The notes: generated by a model not told the origin, from the letters alone. DNA of 64,000 nucleotides from an uncultured bacterium (GCA_938018055.1 CALIKL010000040.1:89137-153136); one strand, 5' to 3'; positions 27,547 to 38,100 are shown, counted from the stretch's first letter. Numbers and translations: made by a program.

Positions 27547-29361
27547 TCAGTAAGTACCCATGTGACGTTCCAGAGAGGCACGTCCGCCGACAATCGGAAT
27601 TTCGATTGAAGTAGCACCCAGATCAATCTGGAGCTCAGACCCGGGTGCTGGCCACAAGGTGAAGTCCCGATCTGAGGACATGATCATCAGCCCGATCTTC
27701 TGCCCTGCAGGAACGACCTGATCATCGGGCTGGAGATTGAATTCGAATTCTACAAACTCTCCCGGTGTAAGCGGTGTGCTTTCGGTCATCGAGGTGGCAT
27801 TCTGAGGATCGAACCAGCCCCTGGTTATGATACCGCCGCGTGCTCGTCGGCCTTCGGTCCACGGAAGCGAAACCAACCAGACCGAGAAGTTGACTGCCGG
27901 CTTGTTGGCGGCCAGCCGCACCTTCATCGTTGCCGTTCCAGAAATATGCACGTCCTGTGTCAGTTCTGGTGTGACGTAGAGCAAGCGGTGATTCGTGTAC
28001 TCTGCTTGTGCCAGCGATTTACCGCTGAAAGAGACGTTGTCAACAAGGGACTCCACACCCTGCTCCGATGGAGCTTCCAGGGACAACTCCGCAGTGTATT
28101 GTCCACCCTGGGTCGGATAGAGGCGCACGCCCTCAGATTCCGGATTCGGATAATCAGCGTAAGGGGTAGGATCCAAACGCTCGTCGCCCTCGCGCGTGAT
28201 CCAGGCTTTGGGATCGTTTTCCACTCCATTCTCGACTTCGTACAAATAGCGGGTAAACCACTTGTTCATCATGTCGAGCGGGGGTGGACCGCCGTGACCG
28301 CCCTGGTGGAAATACATCTGGACCGGTACCCGACCCTCAAGCGCCTCCACGATCCTGACACTGTGCTCCGGCATCACGTTCCAATCGTTGAATGCATGGG
28401 CCATAAGGGTAGCCGCTTTTACATTTTCGATGACGTTCAAATAATCACGGCCAGCCCAGAACTCGTTGTAATCCCCGGTTACGCGGTCCATGCCCTCCGC
28501 ATATTCACCATCACGAATGGTAGCATTGCAATAGTCGCGCCGGTCGCTCTCGCGGCTGTGGATGAAGTCGTAAAGCACATCAATGTCTTCACCGAGGTAT
28601 CCCCCCGGGTGACGAATCAGACCATAAGAGCGATAATAGTGCCAGTATGATGTGTTCGGAGCTACCGGGATGATGGCTTTCAGCCCGTCGACGCCGGTTG
28701 TAGCGGCGGCCAACGGTAGTGTACCGTTGTATGAGGTACCCGTCATACCCACGTTACCCGTGGACCAGGCAGCGACCACTTCTTCACCACCCTCAGGTGC
28801 CGTGTACCCCTTGGCCCGTCCATTTAGCCAATCAACAACGGCCTTTGGGGCGAGGGATTCATTGATTCCACCGACCGTCGGACATCCTTGGGAAAGACCC
28901 GTGCCCGGAGATTCGGAATGCACGACAGCAAAGCCGCGAGGTAACCAGTCCTGAACAAAACCGGTCGAAATCCCGGGTCGCGTGCGAGCGGAGAACCCCT
29001 CATATCTTTCCTTGGCGGGTGGAGCAGCTCCAACTTCATGCTCAACATCCCAAAACAAATCAGCCAGCCCTGCTGTACCGGAGTAGTAGGGACTGGTCCC
29101 GTACACAACAGGAACTTTCAGACCTTCGGAATCCGTCTGGGCCTGGCGGACGACGGATACGTGTACGCGGTCGAGTGTCCCGTCACCGTCCGAATCAAAT
29201 TCCGTTTCGACCCAAAGTTGCTCCCGGATCCAATCGGATTCGTTGTTGAATGCGTCGACGATCTGGGCCATCCCGTTATCAAATACGGGTCCCGTCTGGG
29301 CAAGAAGAGGAGATGTCGCAAAAATCAGCGACAGGACTGCTGAGGCAAATACACGCTTCAT
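27547..29361 (-). CDS. Xaa-Pro dipeptidyl-peptidase (S15 / CocE-NonD family), secreted
   Basis: ORF 27547-29568. I moved the start to M70 (29361), giving the signal peptide MKRVFASAVLSLIFATSPLLAQ. It has the nucleophile motif GMTGTSYNG (GxSYxG) and the S15 architecture with a C-terminal beta domain. Confidence 0.8.
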   Translation of the reverse strand: MKRVFASAVLSLIFATSPLLAQTGPVFDNGMAQIVDAFNNESDWIREQLWVETEFDSDGDGTLDRVHVSVVRQAQTDSEGLKVPVVYGTSPYYSGTAGLADLFWDVEHEVGAAPPAKERYEGFSARTRPGISTGFVQDWLPRGFAVVHSESPGTGLSQGCPTVGGINESLAPKAVVDWLNGRAKGYTAPEGGEEVVAAWSTGNVGMTGTSYNGTLPLAAATTGVDGLKAIIPVAPNTSYWHYYRSYGLIRHPGGYLGEDIDVLYDFIHSRESDRRDYCNATIRDGEYAEGMDRVTGDYNEFWAGRDYLNVIENVKAATLMAHAFNDWNVMPEHSVRIVEALEGRVPVQMYFHQGGHGGPPPLDMMNKWFTRYLYEVENGVENDPKAWITREGDERLDPTPYADYPNPESEGVRLYPTQGGQYTAELSLEAPSEQGVESLVDNVSFSGKSLAQAEYTNHRLLYVTPELTQDVHISGTATMKVRLAANKPAVNFSVWLVSLPWTEGRRARGGIITRGWFDPQNATSMTESTPLTPGEFVEFEFNLQPDDQVVPAGQKIGLMIMSSDRDFTLWPAPGSELQIDLGATSIEIPIVGGRASLERHMGTY

Positions 29362-29446
29362 ATCAGTGCAGGGGAAATGAATCAGAATACAGTAGGGATG
29401 CGGACGCTCAATTCGACCGGATCGGGATCCGAATGTACATCGTTGG

Positions 29447-30589
29447 TCACCGTGCAATTGACGGGGTAAACCGTACAATGCCAGCCTCGTCCTCGTCCCC
29501 GTCCAGTCCGACGTAGAGCGCGCCATCGGGTCCCTGGCGGATATCGCGTACGCGACCCATGTCCTCAAAAATGGTCTCTTCGCTCACAACGGACGTTCCA
29601 TCCATGGTCAGCCGGGCAATCTGCTGTCCCCGCAATCCACCAACAAACAGATTTCCTTTCCAATTCGGGAAAAGGTCTCCCGAGTAGGCGACCATACCAG
29701 AGGTGGCTATCGACGGCACCCAATAATGTAGTGGCTGCACCATACCCTCCTGATGCGTGCTTTCGTGGAGCGGGTCACCGCCATAGTTCACGCCGTATCC
29801 GATGACAGGCCAGCCGTAATTCAAACCCGGTTCGACCAGGTTTACTTCGTCGCCACCCTGCGGACCATGCTCATTGGACCACAGGAGCTCGGTGCTGGCG
29901 TCGAATACCATTCCTTGGGTATTGCGGTGCCCGAAGCTCCAGATGGATGCTTCCATTTCTTCCTGACCCACAAAAGGATTGTCTTCCGGAATGCTGCCGT
30001 CGTCGTGCAGTCGGTTGATGGTACCGTGGTGGTTGCTACGATCCTGAGCCGGGTGGTTGGTCTGGTCTTCGTTCGGGTTGGCCTGTCGATCGCCGACGCT
30101 GACGAACAGGTACCCCTCATTGTCAAAGACCAGTCGAGATCCATAATGTCCCCGGCCCCGACTGTCTGCAATCCAGATATCCTCGACGTCAATCAACCCC
30201 ATACCCTCCAGACGCCCTCGAGCCACTGCAGTAGTTGAATTCCCATCGTACGGCTTGGCATAGCTCAGATATACCCAGCCATTTTCTTCGAATTGAGGGT
30301 GTATCGCCACGTCGAGCAGCCCACCCTGCCCGCGTGCATATACTTCTGGAACGCCGCTGATCGATCCTTCAGCCAACACACCGTCTTGAATGACGCGCAG
30401 CCGACCGTCCCTTTCAGTAACCAGGATGTCACCGTTGGGAAGGAACGTAAATCCCCAAAGAGAGGACAGTCCATTGGTCACAACGTCGACCTGAACTTCT
30501 CCAAATTCAGTATCGAACGATGAAGTCTGAGCGTGTGCAACCAGGGAGGTGGTTCCGACCAGAAGGAAAGTGCAAAGAAAGCGGATCAT
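29447..30589 (-). CDS. PQQ-dependent sugar dehydrogenase (soluble glucose/sorbosone dehydrogenase family), secreted
   Basis: ORF 29447-30673. I moved the start to M29 (30589), giving the signal peptide MIRFLCTFLLVGTTSLVAHAQ. It has the typical blocks LWGFTFLPNGDILVTER, GGLLDVA and GHRNTQGMVFD. Confidence 0.8.
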   Translation of the reverse strand: MIRFLCTFLLVGTTSLVAHAQTSSFDTEFGEVQVDVVTNGLSSLWGFTFLPNGDILVTERDGRLRVIQDGVLAEGSISGVPEVYARGQGGLLDVAIHPQFEENGWVYLSYAKPYDGNSTTAVARGRLEGMGLIDVEDIWIADSRGRGHYGSRLVFDNEGYLFVSVGDRQANPNEDQTNHPAQDRSNHHGTINRLHDDGSIPEDNPFVGQEEMEASIWSFGHRNTQGMVFDASTELLWSNEHGPQGGDEVNLVEPGLNYGWPVIGYGVNYGGDPLHESTHQEGMVQPLHYWVPSIATSGMVAYSGDLFPNWKGNLFVGGLRGQQIARLTMDGTSVVSEETIFEDMGRVRDIRQGPDGALYVGLDGDEDEAGIVRFTPSIAR

Positions 30590-30626
30590 GAATCTGGAAG
30601 TCTTGGAGTGGGCAAGGATTGCCGGT

Positions 30627-31640
30627 TTACTCAGGCCTGTCTGTCTTCGTTTCCAGAACAGGCCTTTGCTCAATTTCCTGCAGGAACGAGGTCACCATGC
30701 CAGCGACCACATCTGGCCGTTCAGCAGGCGCAGCGTGCCCGGCTCCTTGGACTACCTGAACGCGTGCATCAGGCATTTCATCTGCAAATTCCTGCATGGT
30801 GACAGGACGGGCTTCGTCGAATTCACCGGAGATGATCAGGACCGGCACGTTGATCTCGGCCAGCCGGTCTCTGCGGTCGTATTCCAGCAGGGTACCCGTT
30901 GCTGTAAACTCTGTTGGTCCCCACATCGTGTTGTAGACCGTGGAGTTGCCGGAAACCCCCTCACATTCAGGTATGGGGTCGTACCCCCAGGGGTCCATGA
31001 AGCGGGCGTAGAAAGAATCGGTGGCGGCTACGTAATCGGGATGATCGTACGTTCGGGCATCTTCGTGCAGACGAATGGTAGCCTGCACGTCTTCCGACAT
31101 GGTTTCCAGAAGGGTTGTTGCATCTTCAATCCATACTGGGGTACTCAGCAGCGGGCCTGCCATGATGGTGCTTATTACCCCTTCCTGCTCACTTTCCAGC
31201 ACGTATTCAGCGGCGACCGCACCGCCCCAGCTCCAGCCCAAAAGGTGCACTTCATCCCAACCAAAATGCGATCGAATGGCATCAATCTCGGATACCGAAT
31301 GGTCGATGTGCCACTGCTCTTGAAGGCCGGGTCGATCCGAACGTCCCGTTTCCAGTTGGTCATAGCGCAGGACGGGACGATCCATCATCTCATCGTCCAG
31401 CAACCCGAATCCGCAGCTGGTACCACCGGGTCCACCGTGGATGAGGATGAGCGGCGTTGCGTCGACGTCTGGATTGGAGAGCTCGTAGAAGACCTTGCCA
31501 CCAGACACAGGCACGAATCCTGTTCGAATAACCTGGCCGGTCCGAGCATCGATACGCTCAGCAGGCGGCTCGGTCGGAGCGCATCCAGAGGTCAGGCGTA
31601 GTGCCAGAGCCGCAGCTACGGCAAGAAAGGAATGATTCAT
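30627..31640 (-). CDS. Proline iminopeptidase-type alpha/beta hydrolase (S33), lipoprotein
   Basis: ORF 30627-31691. I moved the start to M18 (31640), giving MNHSFLAVAAALALRLTSGC. It has the oxyanion motif LIHGGPGG and the nucleophile elbow GWSWGG. Its ATG overlaps the upstream TGA (ATGA at 31637-31640). Confidence 0.75.
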   Translation of the reverse strand: MNHSFLAVAAALALRLTSGCAPTEPPAERIDARTGQVIRTGFVPVSGGKVFYELSNPDVDATPLILIHGGPGGTSCGFGLLDDEMMDRPVLRYDQLETGRSDRPGLQEQWHIDHSVSEIDAIRSHFGWDEVHLLGWSWGGAVAAEYVLESEQEGVISTIMAGPLLSTPVWIEDATTLLETMSEDVQATIRLHEDARTYDHPDYVAATDSFYARFMDPWGYDPIPECEGVSGNSTVYNTMWGPTEFTATGTLLEYDRRDRLAEINVPVLIISGEFDEARPVTMQEFADEMPDARVQVVQGAGHAAPAERPDVVAGMVTSFLQEIEQRPVLETKTDRPE

Positions 31641-33700
31641 CGCCGGTATTCTATTCGGGTCAACGTGGCATCTTCGTTTCGGGTATTCCATGCTTCACCG
31701 TATTCGATAACGTAGAGCGCACCGTCTGATCCAAATGTCATATCCATGGGACGACTCCATTTCCTGGATGGAAGAAATTCTTCCATGAATCGATAGTGCC
31801 CATCCTGGTCCATGGTTACGAAGAAGGTCTTGTGTCGCATCCACTCATACATCAGGAGCTTGCCTTCGAAATAGGAAGGGAAGGAATGCTCGCCCATTAC
31901 AGATTCGCGGAATATGGGTCCTGCCATGGCACTGCGTCCGCCGTCACCCAGTAGTGGATGATCCTGCGTGGTGCCGTAAGGATAGAACAGGAAAGCCGGT
32001 TGGGCAGGGGGCAGGACCACGGTCCCGGAGCTGTTGGGAGAATCGTTCACAGGGGCTCCTGCATCAAACCAGTCCTTACCCCGGTCCGCCTCAAAGTCCC
32101 AGTCACGATACGCTTTGTTGTCTGCGATGAAATAGGGCCAGCCGAAGAAGCCTGCAGAGCGTGCCTGATTCAATTCATCGTATCCCTGAGGCCCGCGGGA
32201 TTCAGAAGGCTCCGAGGCATCCGGCCCGATATCTCCCCAATACAACCATCCGGATTCGGAGTCGATGGAGATACGGAAAGGATTGCGGTTACCCATCACA
32301 TAGATTTCAGGTCTGCCGATGGACGGGTCGGAAAACAGGTTGCCGTCCGGGATGGAGTAGCTTCCATCGGGTTCTGGGCGGATGCGAAGGATTTTGCCTC
32401 GCAGATCCTGGGAGTTGGCCGACGTTCCTTGGGCATCGTAAGGACTTCGGCCCGGGCGCTCGTCGATCGGAGCAGAGCCACTCGCCTCGAATGGATTGGT
32501 GTTGTCTCCCACAGAAAGAAAAAGGGATCCCTCTGGCCCGAATTCCAGTGACCCGCCTGCATGGCAGCAGGTCTCGCGCTGGGTACCTACGTCCAGGACG
32601 GCGACTTCGGAGGCCAAGTCCAGACGGGATCCATCAAACGTGAACCGGGAAATGCGATTGAGCGATTCATTCAACGGAGAATGATAGAGGTAGACCCAAC
32701 CATTCTGCTCAAAATCAGGGTCCAGTGCCATACCGAGCAGACCGTCTTCCAAACCGTATGCCACTGGAATTTCGTTGACGATGGAATCGAATCCCGTAGA
32801 AGGATCAAACACGTGAACGGCTCCCGGGCGTTCGATGAACATGATACGTCCGTCGGGAAGCGCCTCCAGTTCCATCGGTTCGTTCAGATTCGTCGTCAGG
32901 ACATCCACTTTGAATTCCCACTCGTACGGAGTTTGCGAGACCGGCTTTTTCTGGGATCCGGATTGGGTAACCCACGTCATGGCCGAACGGACCAATTCCA
33001 AGAACGCAGGCTCGCTCCACGACGCGTCCGTGTGACCTGGCTGGATGTAATAAGACCGGCCACCGTCAAAATCGTGATACCAAACCATGGGATGACTGTC
33101 CTCTTCAGAGGTGTCATTTCCCACGTCATACGTCGTTTCATCGATGCTGATCAACGGAATGATGTCAGGGTTTACGAATCGGAAACTGTACCACTCGTCA
33201 AAGCGCTCCCAACGCTGGGGAAGATGATCGACCGTGGGGTGGGTCGCGTCCAGAATATCCAGCGTTGCTTCTTGCGGCGCCGGGTGCCCTGAGAAGTAGG
33301 CGCCGACCAATTGTCCGTACCAGGGCCAATCATATTCCGTGTCGCTGGCAGCGTGAATTCCCAGGTATCCGCCGCCGCGTTGGATGAATCGCCGGAAGGC
33401 CACTTCTTGCGGGCGATCAAATACATCGCCTGTCGTACTCAAGAACAGGACTGCATCGTAGCGGGCGAGATTTTCCTCATTGAAATCCGCTGGGTTTTCG
33501 GTGGTATCAATCACCATTCCCATCTCCGTACCAAGTCCCTGGACAACTTCTCTCGCAAGCGGAATGTGCCCATGCCGGAAGCCTTCGGTGTGAGAAAAGA
33601 CCAGCATTCGTACTGGATCTTGAGAGCATCCCGACCATGCGGTCCCGAACAGGATGACGGCAATGAGCCAGAACAGGTGCGGGCGGAAAGATGAGGTCAT
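31637..33700 (-). CDS. ThuA-domain / PQQ-dependent sugar dehydrogenase fusion lipoprotein
   Basis: ORF 31637-33760. I moved the start to M21 (33700), giving MTSSFRPHLFWLIAVILFGTAWSGC. The N-terminal ThuA pattern is MLVFSHTEGFRHGHIP...YDAVLFLSTTGDVF. The C-terminal sGDH-like propeller blocks include LLGMALDPDF and CCHAGGSLEFGPEG. Confidence 0.75.
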   Translation of the reverse strand: MTSSFRPHLFWLIAVILFGTAWSGCSQDPVRMLVFSHTEGFRHGHIPLAREVVQGLGTEMGMVIDTTENPADFNEENLARYDAVLFLSTTGDVFDRPQEVAFRRFIQRGGGYLGIHAASDTEYDWPWYGQLVGAYFSGHPAPQEATLDILDATHPTVDHLPQRWERFDEWYSFRFVNPDIIPLISIDETTYDVGNDTSEEDSHPMVWYHDFDGGRSYYIQPGHTDASWSEPAFLELVRSAMTWVTQSGSQKKPVSQTPYEWEFKVDVLTTNLNEPMELEALPDGRIMFIERPGAVHVFDPSTGFDSIVNEIPVAYGLEDGLLGMALDPDFEQNGWVYLYHSPLNESLNRISRFTFDGSRLDLASEVAVLDVGTQRETCCHAGGSLEFGPEGSLFLSVGDNTNPFEASGSAPIDERPGRSPYDAQGTSANSQDLRGKILRIRPEPDGSYSIPDGNLFSDPSIGRPEIYVMGNRNPFRISIDSESGWLYWGDIGPDASEPSESRGPQGYDELNQARSAGFFGWPYFIADNKAYRDWDFEADRGKDWFDAGAPVNDSPNSSGTVVLPPAQPAFLFYPYGTTQDHPLLGDGGRSAMAGPIFRESVMGEHSFPSYFEGKLLMYEWMRHKTFFVTMDQDGHYRFMEEFLPSRKWSRPMDMTFGSDGALYVIEYGEAWNTRNEDATLTRIEYRR

Positions 33701-33853
33701 GAGCTGGCGCGGTAGATGATCGGGATCGCGCAAGCTACCGGGTCCGAAGGGGATGGTCAATGATCACGTGACGGCTCGACACGTTTATTGCAATCTAGCC
33801 TGAATTGCCCCAAATGGCTGTAGGGGAGGACAGTCCCGTAGTTGTTGATGACG

Positions 33854-34034
33854 TGTGGAAAACGTTCAAAAACGTCCGTTTTCGCATGCTACGCCATGAT
33901 TAAGAAAACGGGGACTTTTGTAAGTCCTTGTAAAATAAAGACATATGAAAATCATATTCGATGATGGCGCGACGGTGGCAGAAAAACATCGAGATTCAGC
34001 CTTCTCCAACCAGAAGTGGAAAAGCTGTGGAAAA
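33854..34034 (-). other. Candidate oriC core: three same-orientation DnaA-box-like 9-mers flanking an AT-rich stretch
   Basis: On the plus strand, TGTGGAAAA lies at 33854-33862 and 34026-34034, and AGTGGAAAA at 34015-34023. On the minus strand these read TTTTCCAC(A/T), one or two mismatches from TTATCCACA. An AT-rich stretch, ttgtaaaataaagacatatgaaaatcatattcgat, lies at 33928-33962, and GTTTTC units repeat through the region. This is a 303-bp gene-free gap 2.5 kb from dnaA. Confidence 0.3.
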
Positions 34035-34063
34035 CGATGAAAACCTGAAAACGCCCGAAATGA

Positions 34064-35194
<1,131 letters not shown>

Positions 35195-35255
35195 CTAAAC
35201 GCCTATCGTTGCTCTGAGAAACGACCGCAAAGGGCACAATTATTCCGAGTAACCC

Positions 35256-36137
35256 ATGTCCTCTACCCAACCTGCGATCGGCCGAGCCCTTCGCCTCATC
35301 ACGGCGTTGATTCTAATATGCTGTGTGGTTTTCGTTGCCATTGGCTTCGTCAAGACATCCGTCAGCATTGAAACCACTTCACGGACGGATCGGAGCGTGT
35401 ACGTTGCTTTTGATGCCCTCACGAATGCCACACTGGTTGAGTACTGGATGGAGGGATTTGTCTCGCTTGAAAGCACGCTGTCCAGGGATGTACCCGTTGG
35501 CAATCAGTCAACGTTGACCATGGTTACTGGAGGCGATACACTGAAGCTCCGCCAGGAAATCACCACGTGGGAAGTTGGAGAGCGATTCGGGCTGCATTTC
35601 GACAGTGAAATGACTGGCGGGGATATCATTGTCCAATTGACCGCGCTCGAGTCTGGTACCGAGTTGTTTGTGCGCTCCACCTTTGAAGGTGCTACCTGGT
35701 GGTGGCGATCGCTATTCCCACTCTTTGCTTCTGGTTTGAAAGCCACTCAACAAGCGGATTATGACCGATTGGCTGCCTTGATGGATACCCTCGAAACACC
35801 CCTTGCGGGACAATGGGCGGGAGTGGATGCAGCCGGAAACGAGCAGCTTTTTCACTTCAAATCGCCAGAAGCGATGGACTGGCGTGCGGCTTCCGACGGT
35901 GAATGGTTTGAGTTGACCAACCTTCGGTATGAAAAAGGGTGGTCAGCAGATACAATGACGCTGGATCTTTCTGGGTTTTCCTCTCCACCGCTCGCCGGCC
36001 AGACGCTTTATGGGATCATCTCGTTTGTTTCCGATGATTCCCTGCGTCTCGATCTGGAAGCCGGACCGCCTGGAAGGGAGGACTTGAGACCGGATGAGTT
36101 TTCAGCCTCAACCATAGGTCTGCATCGCGTGCGGTAG
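35256..36137 (+). CDS. Membrane-anchored hypothetical protein (possible SRPBCC-like middle domain)
   Basis: 293 aa with an N-terminal TM helix (LITALILICCVVFVAIGFV). I cannot assign a confident family. Confidence 0.45.
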   Translation: MSSTQPAIGRALRLITALILICCVVFVAIGFVKTSVSIETTSRTDRSVYVAFDALTNATLVEYWMEGFVSLESTLSRDVPVGNQSTLTMVTGGDTLKLRQEITTWEVGERFGLHFDSEMTGGDIIVQLTALESGTELFVRSTFEGATWWWRSLFPLFASGLKATQQADYDRLAALMDTLETPLAGQWAGVDAAGNEQLFHFKSPEAMDWRAASDGEWFELTNLRYEKGWSADTMTLDLSGFSSPPLAGQTLYGIISFVSDDSLRLDLEAGPPGREDLRPDEFSASTIGLHRVR

Positions 36138-36138
36138 G

Positions 36139-36519
36139 CTACTCGGGCTGGAAGAGCGCTATAACCGCCCCGGCCGGATCACGAATGACACAATACGAAC
36201 CGTGTCCCTCGGCATGCTTCACCGAAGTAATCAGTGCACCGCCCAAACGCTCCACGGCAGCTCGAGATGCCTCGATGTCATCCACGTTCACGTACATAAG
36301 CCACTGCGCGGGTAATCCAGCATTGCCTCCGCGGGCATGACAGACACCCGAAACAGGCGTACCGTCGGGTGTCGCCATGACATAATCATTGTAATCCCCC
36401 ATACTGAGGGGAGAGGCAGACCATCCGACGACTTCCTGATAGAAATCACGGACGCCATCAGCATCGTCGACCGTGAGATCAAACCAGCCGATGGTTCCTG
36501 TGACAGGTTTTTCGCTCAT
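36139..36519 (-). CDS. VOC (glyoxalase/bleomycin-resistance) family protein
   Basis: 126 aa. The GTIGWFDLTVDD...FYQEVVGW... pattern is typical of VOC/glyoxalase-fold proteins. Confidence 0.75.
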   Translation of the reverse strand: MSEKPVTGTIGWFDLTVDDADGVRDFYQEVVGWSASPLSMGDYNDYVMATPDGTPVSGVCHARGGNAGLPAQWLMYVNVDDIEASRAAVERLGGALITSVKHAEGHGSYCVIRDPAGAVIALFQPE

Positions 36520-36567
36520 GCTCGATGCGGTTGGCAGCGTGAGGCCGATTCATCCACTTTCGCGGAA

Positions 36568-38100
36568 TCAGGAGTGCATGACCCGGTTCTTGAGAAGCTG
36601 CTCGATGTGTCCGAGTTCTTCCACGAAGCGGGGATCGGTGTCAATGCGGGCCTGGATAGCTTTGCACGCGTGGATCACGGTAGAGTGATCGCGACCACCA
36701 AATCGTCTCCCGATGGCCTCCAGTGAATGCTGTGTCATCTGCTTGCAGAAGTGCATGGCAACCTGACGAGCATCCACGATTGGCCGCTTTCGGCTCTTAC
36801 CGATCAGCAAATCCGTATCCATGCTGTAGAATTCTGCAACGATGTCCCGAATCTGTGAGGCCGAAATGCTCTTGCGTGCGCGATTGTCGATCAAGTCCGA
36901 CAACGCATCCTGCACGAAGGTCATATCGATAGACTGCCGCGTAACACTATGCAGCGCAAGCAACTTGTTGAAGGCGCCCTCAAGCAAACGAATGTTATCC
37001 TTCACGTTGTAGGCGATGTAGTCGATCACCTCGCCAGATAATTCCAAGCCGGCTTCTGAAGCATGTCGCTGCAGGATGGCCGTTCGCGTCTCCAGGTCTG
37101 GCGGCTGTACATCGGCTGAGAGACCCCAGCGGAAACGGGATAGCAGTCGTTCTTCTATGCCTGCGATCTCCGCCGGGCTGCGGTCGGCACACAGAATGAT
37201 CTGCTTGCCACTTTGGTGAAGCTCGTTGAAGAGGTGGAAGAACTGCTCCTGCGTTTTCTCCTTGCCGCCAAAGAACTGAATGTCGTCCACGATCAGGACG
37301 TCGATTTGACGGAAAGCCTGGGTGAACTCACCAAGGGTATTGTTTTGGATGGCGTACACGAAATAGTTGGTGAACGCTTCCGACGTCAGATACAGGACTT
37401 GGGCTCGCGGCTGGCTCTGGACAATTTCGTTTCCGATGGCATGTGCGAGGTGCGTCTTTCCTAGTCCAACCTTCCCGTAGATCAGGAAAGGATTGAAGCT
37501 TGTGGCTCCCGGACGCTTTGCAACGGCAACGCCTGCCGAGCGGGCAAGTCGGTTGCAATCGGCCTCGATGAACGTGTCGAGCGTGTACTTCGGGTTGAGT
37601 GTACGAGGCAAGCTGCCTGGCACCGTCTCAGGGCGGAAGGAAAATGGGGTAGCAGGGGGTTGCTGCGCGGGCGGTGCGTTACGACGACTGGGACGGGGCG
37701 CGTCCGCAGTTGAGTGGTAGCGCGAGGACGACTCGATTCGAGAGGGGTTCTGGGGCTCCGCAGATGAGGCGTCTTTCGAAGCAGCACGGATTTCGTGTCC
37801 GAAGTCAGCGGATACCGTTTCAACCTCAGCTTCGGCAATCGCCGACACCATCAAGGTGAACGATACGTTGCCTTCATAGCAGTGTTCGAGCGACTGCTGT
37901 ACAACATCGCTGAATTCGCGGTCAATCCAGTCCCGATGGAAATCAGATGGTACACCGAGGGTGAGGTGGGTACCATTTCCAGTCGAGGAGCTCGACATGA
38001 AAGAAAGGGGACGAATCCAGGTCTGAAACTGTTGGGTCGGGAGATCCTGCGCCAGCTTTTCCTTGCTTCTCTGCCACAGCACTTCAGATGGGTATGCCAT
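36568..38100 (-). CDS. dnaA: Chromosomal replication initiator DnaA
   Basis: ORF 36568-38184. I moved the start to M29 (38100): MAYPSEVLWQRSKEKLAQDLPTQQFQTWIRPL. It has the Walker A YGKVGLGKTHL, the IDDIQFFGGKEKTQEQFFH block, and the C-terminal DNA-binding block GGRDHSTVIHACKAI. Confidence 0.95.
   Translation of the reverse strand: MAYPSEVLWQRSKEKLAQDLPTQQFQTWIRPLSFMSSSSTGNGTHLTLGVPSDFHRDWIDREFSDVVQQSLEHCYEGNVSFTLMVSAIAEAEVETVSADFGHEIRAASKDASSAEPQNPSRIESSSRYHSTADAPRPSRRNAPPAQQPPATPFSFRPETVPGSLPRTLNPKYTLDTFIEADCNRLARSAGVAVAKRPGATSFNPFLIYGKVGLGKTHLAHAIGNEIVQSQPRAQVLYLTSEAFTNYFVYAIQNNTLGEFTQAFRQIDVLIVDDIQFFGGKEKTQEQFFHLFNELHQSGKQIILCADRSPAEIAGIEERLLSRFRWGLSADVQPPDLETRTAILQRHASEAGLELSGEVIDYIAYNVKDNIRLLEGAFNKLLALHSVTRQSIDMTFVQDALSDLIDNRARKSISASQIRDIVAEFYSMDTDLLIGKSRKRPIVDARQVAMHFCKQMTQHSLEAIGRRFGGRDHSTVIHACKAIQARIDTDPRFVEELGHIEQLLKNRVMHS

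Noticed and set aside
33938-34033. A 31-codon ORF (MKIIFDDGATVAEKHRDSAFSNQKWKSCGKR) inside the AT-rich gap
   Set aside because: It is short, has no supporting context, and lies in a region better explained by regulatory or replication motifs. Its Lys/Trp codons are simply the GTGGAAAA repeats read in frame.
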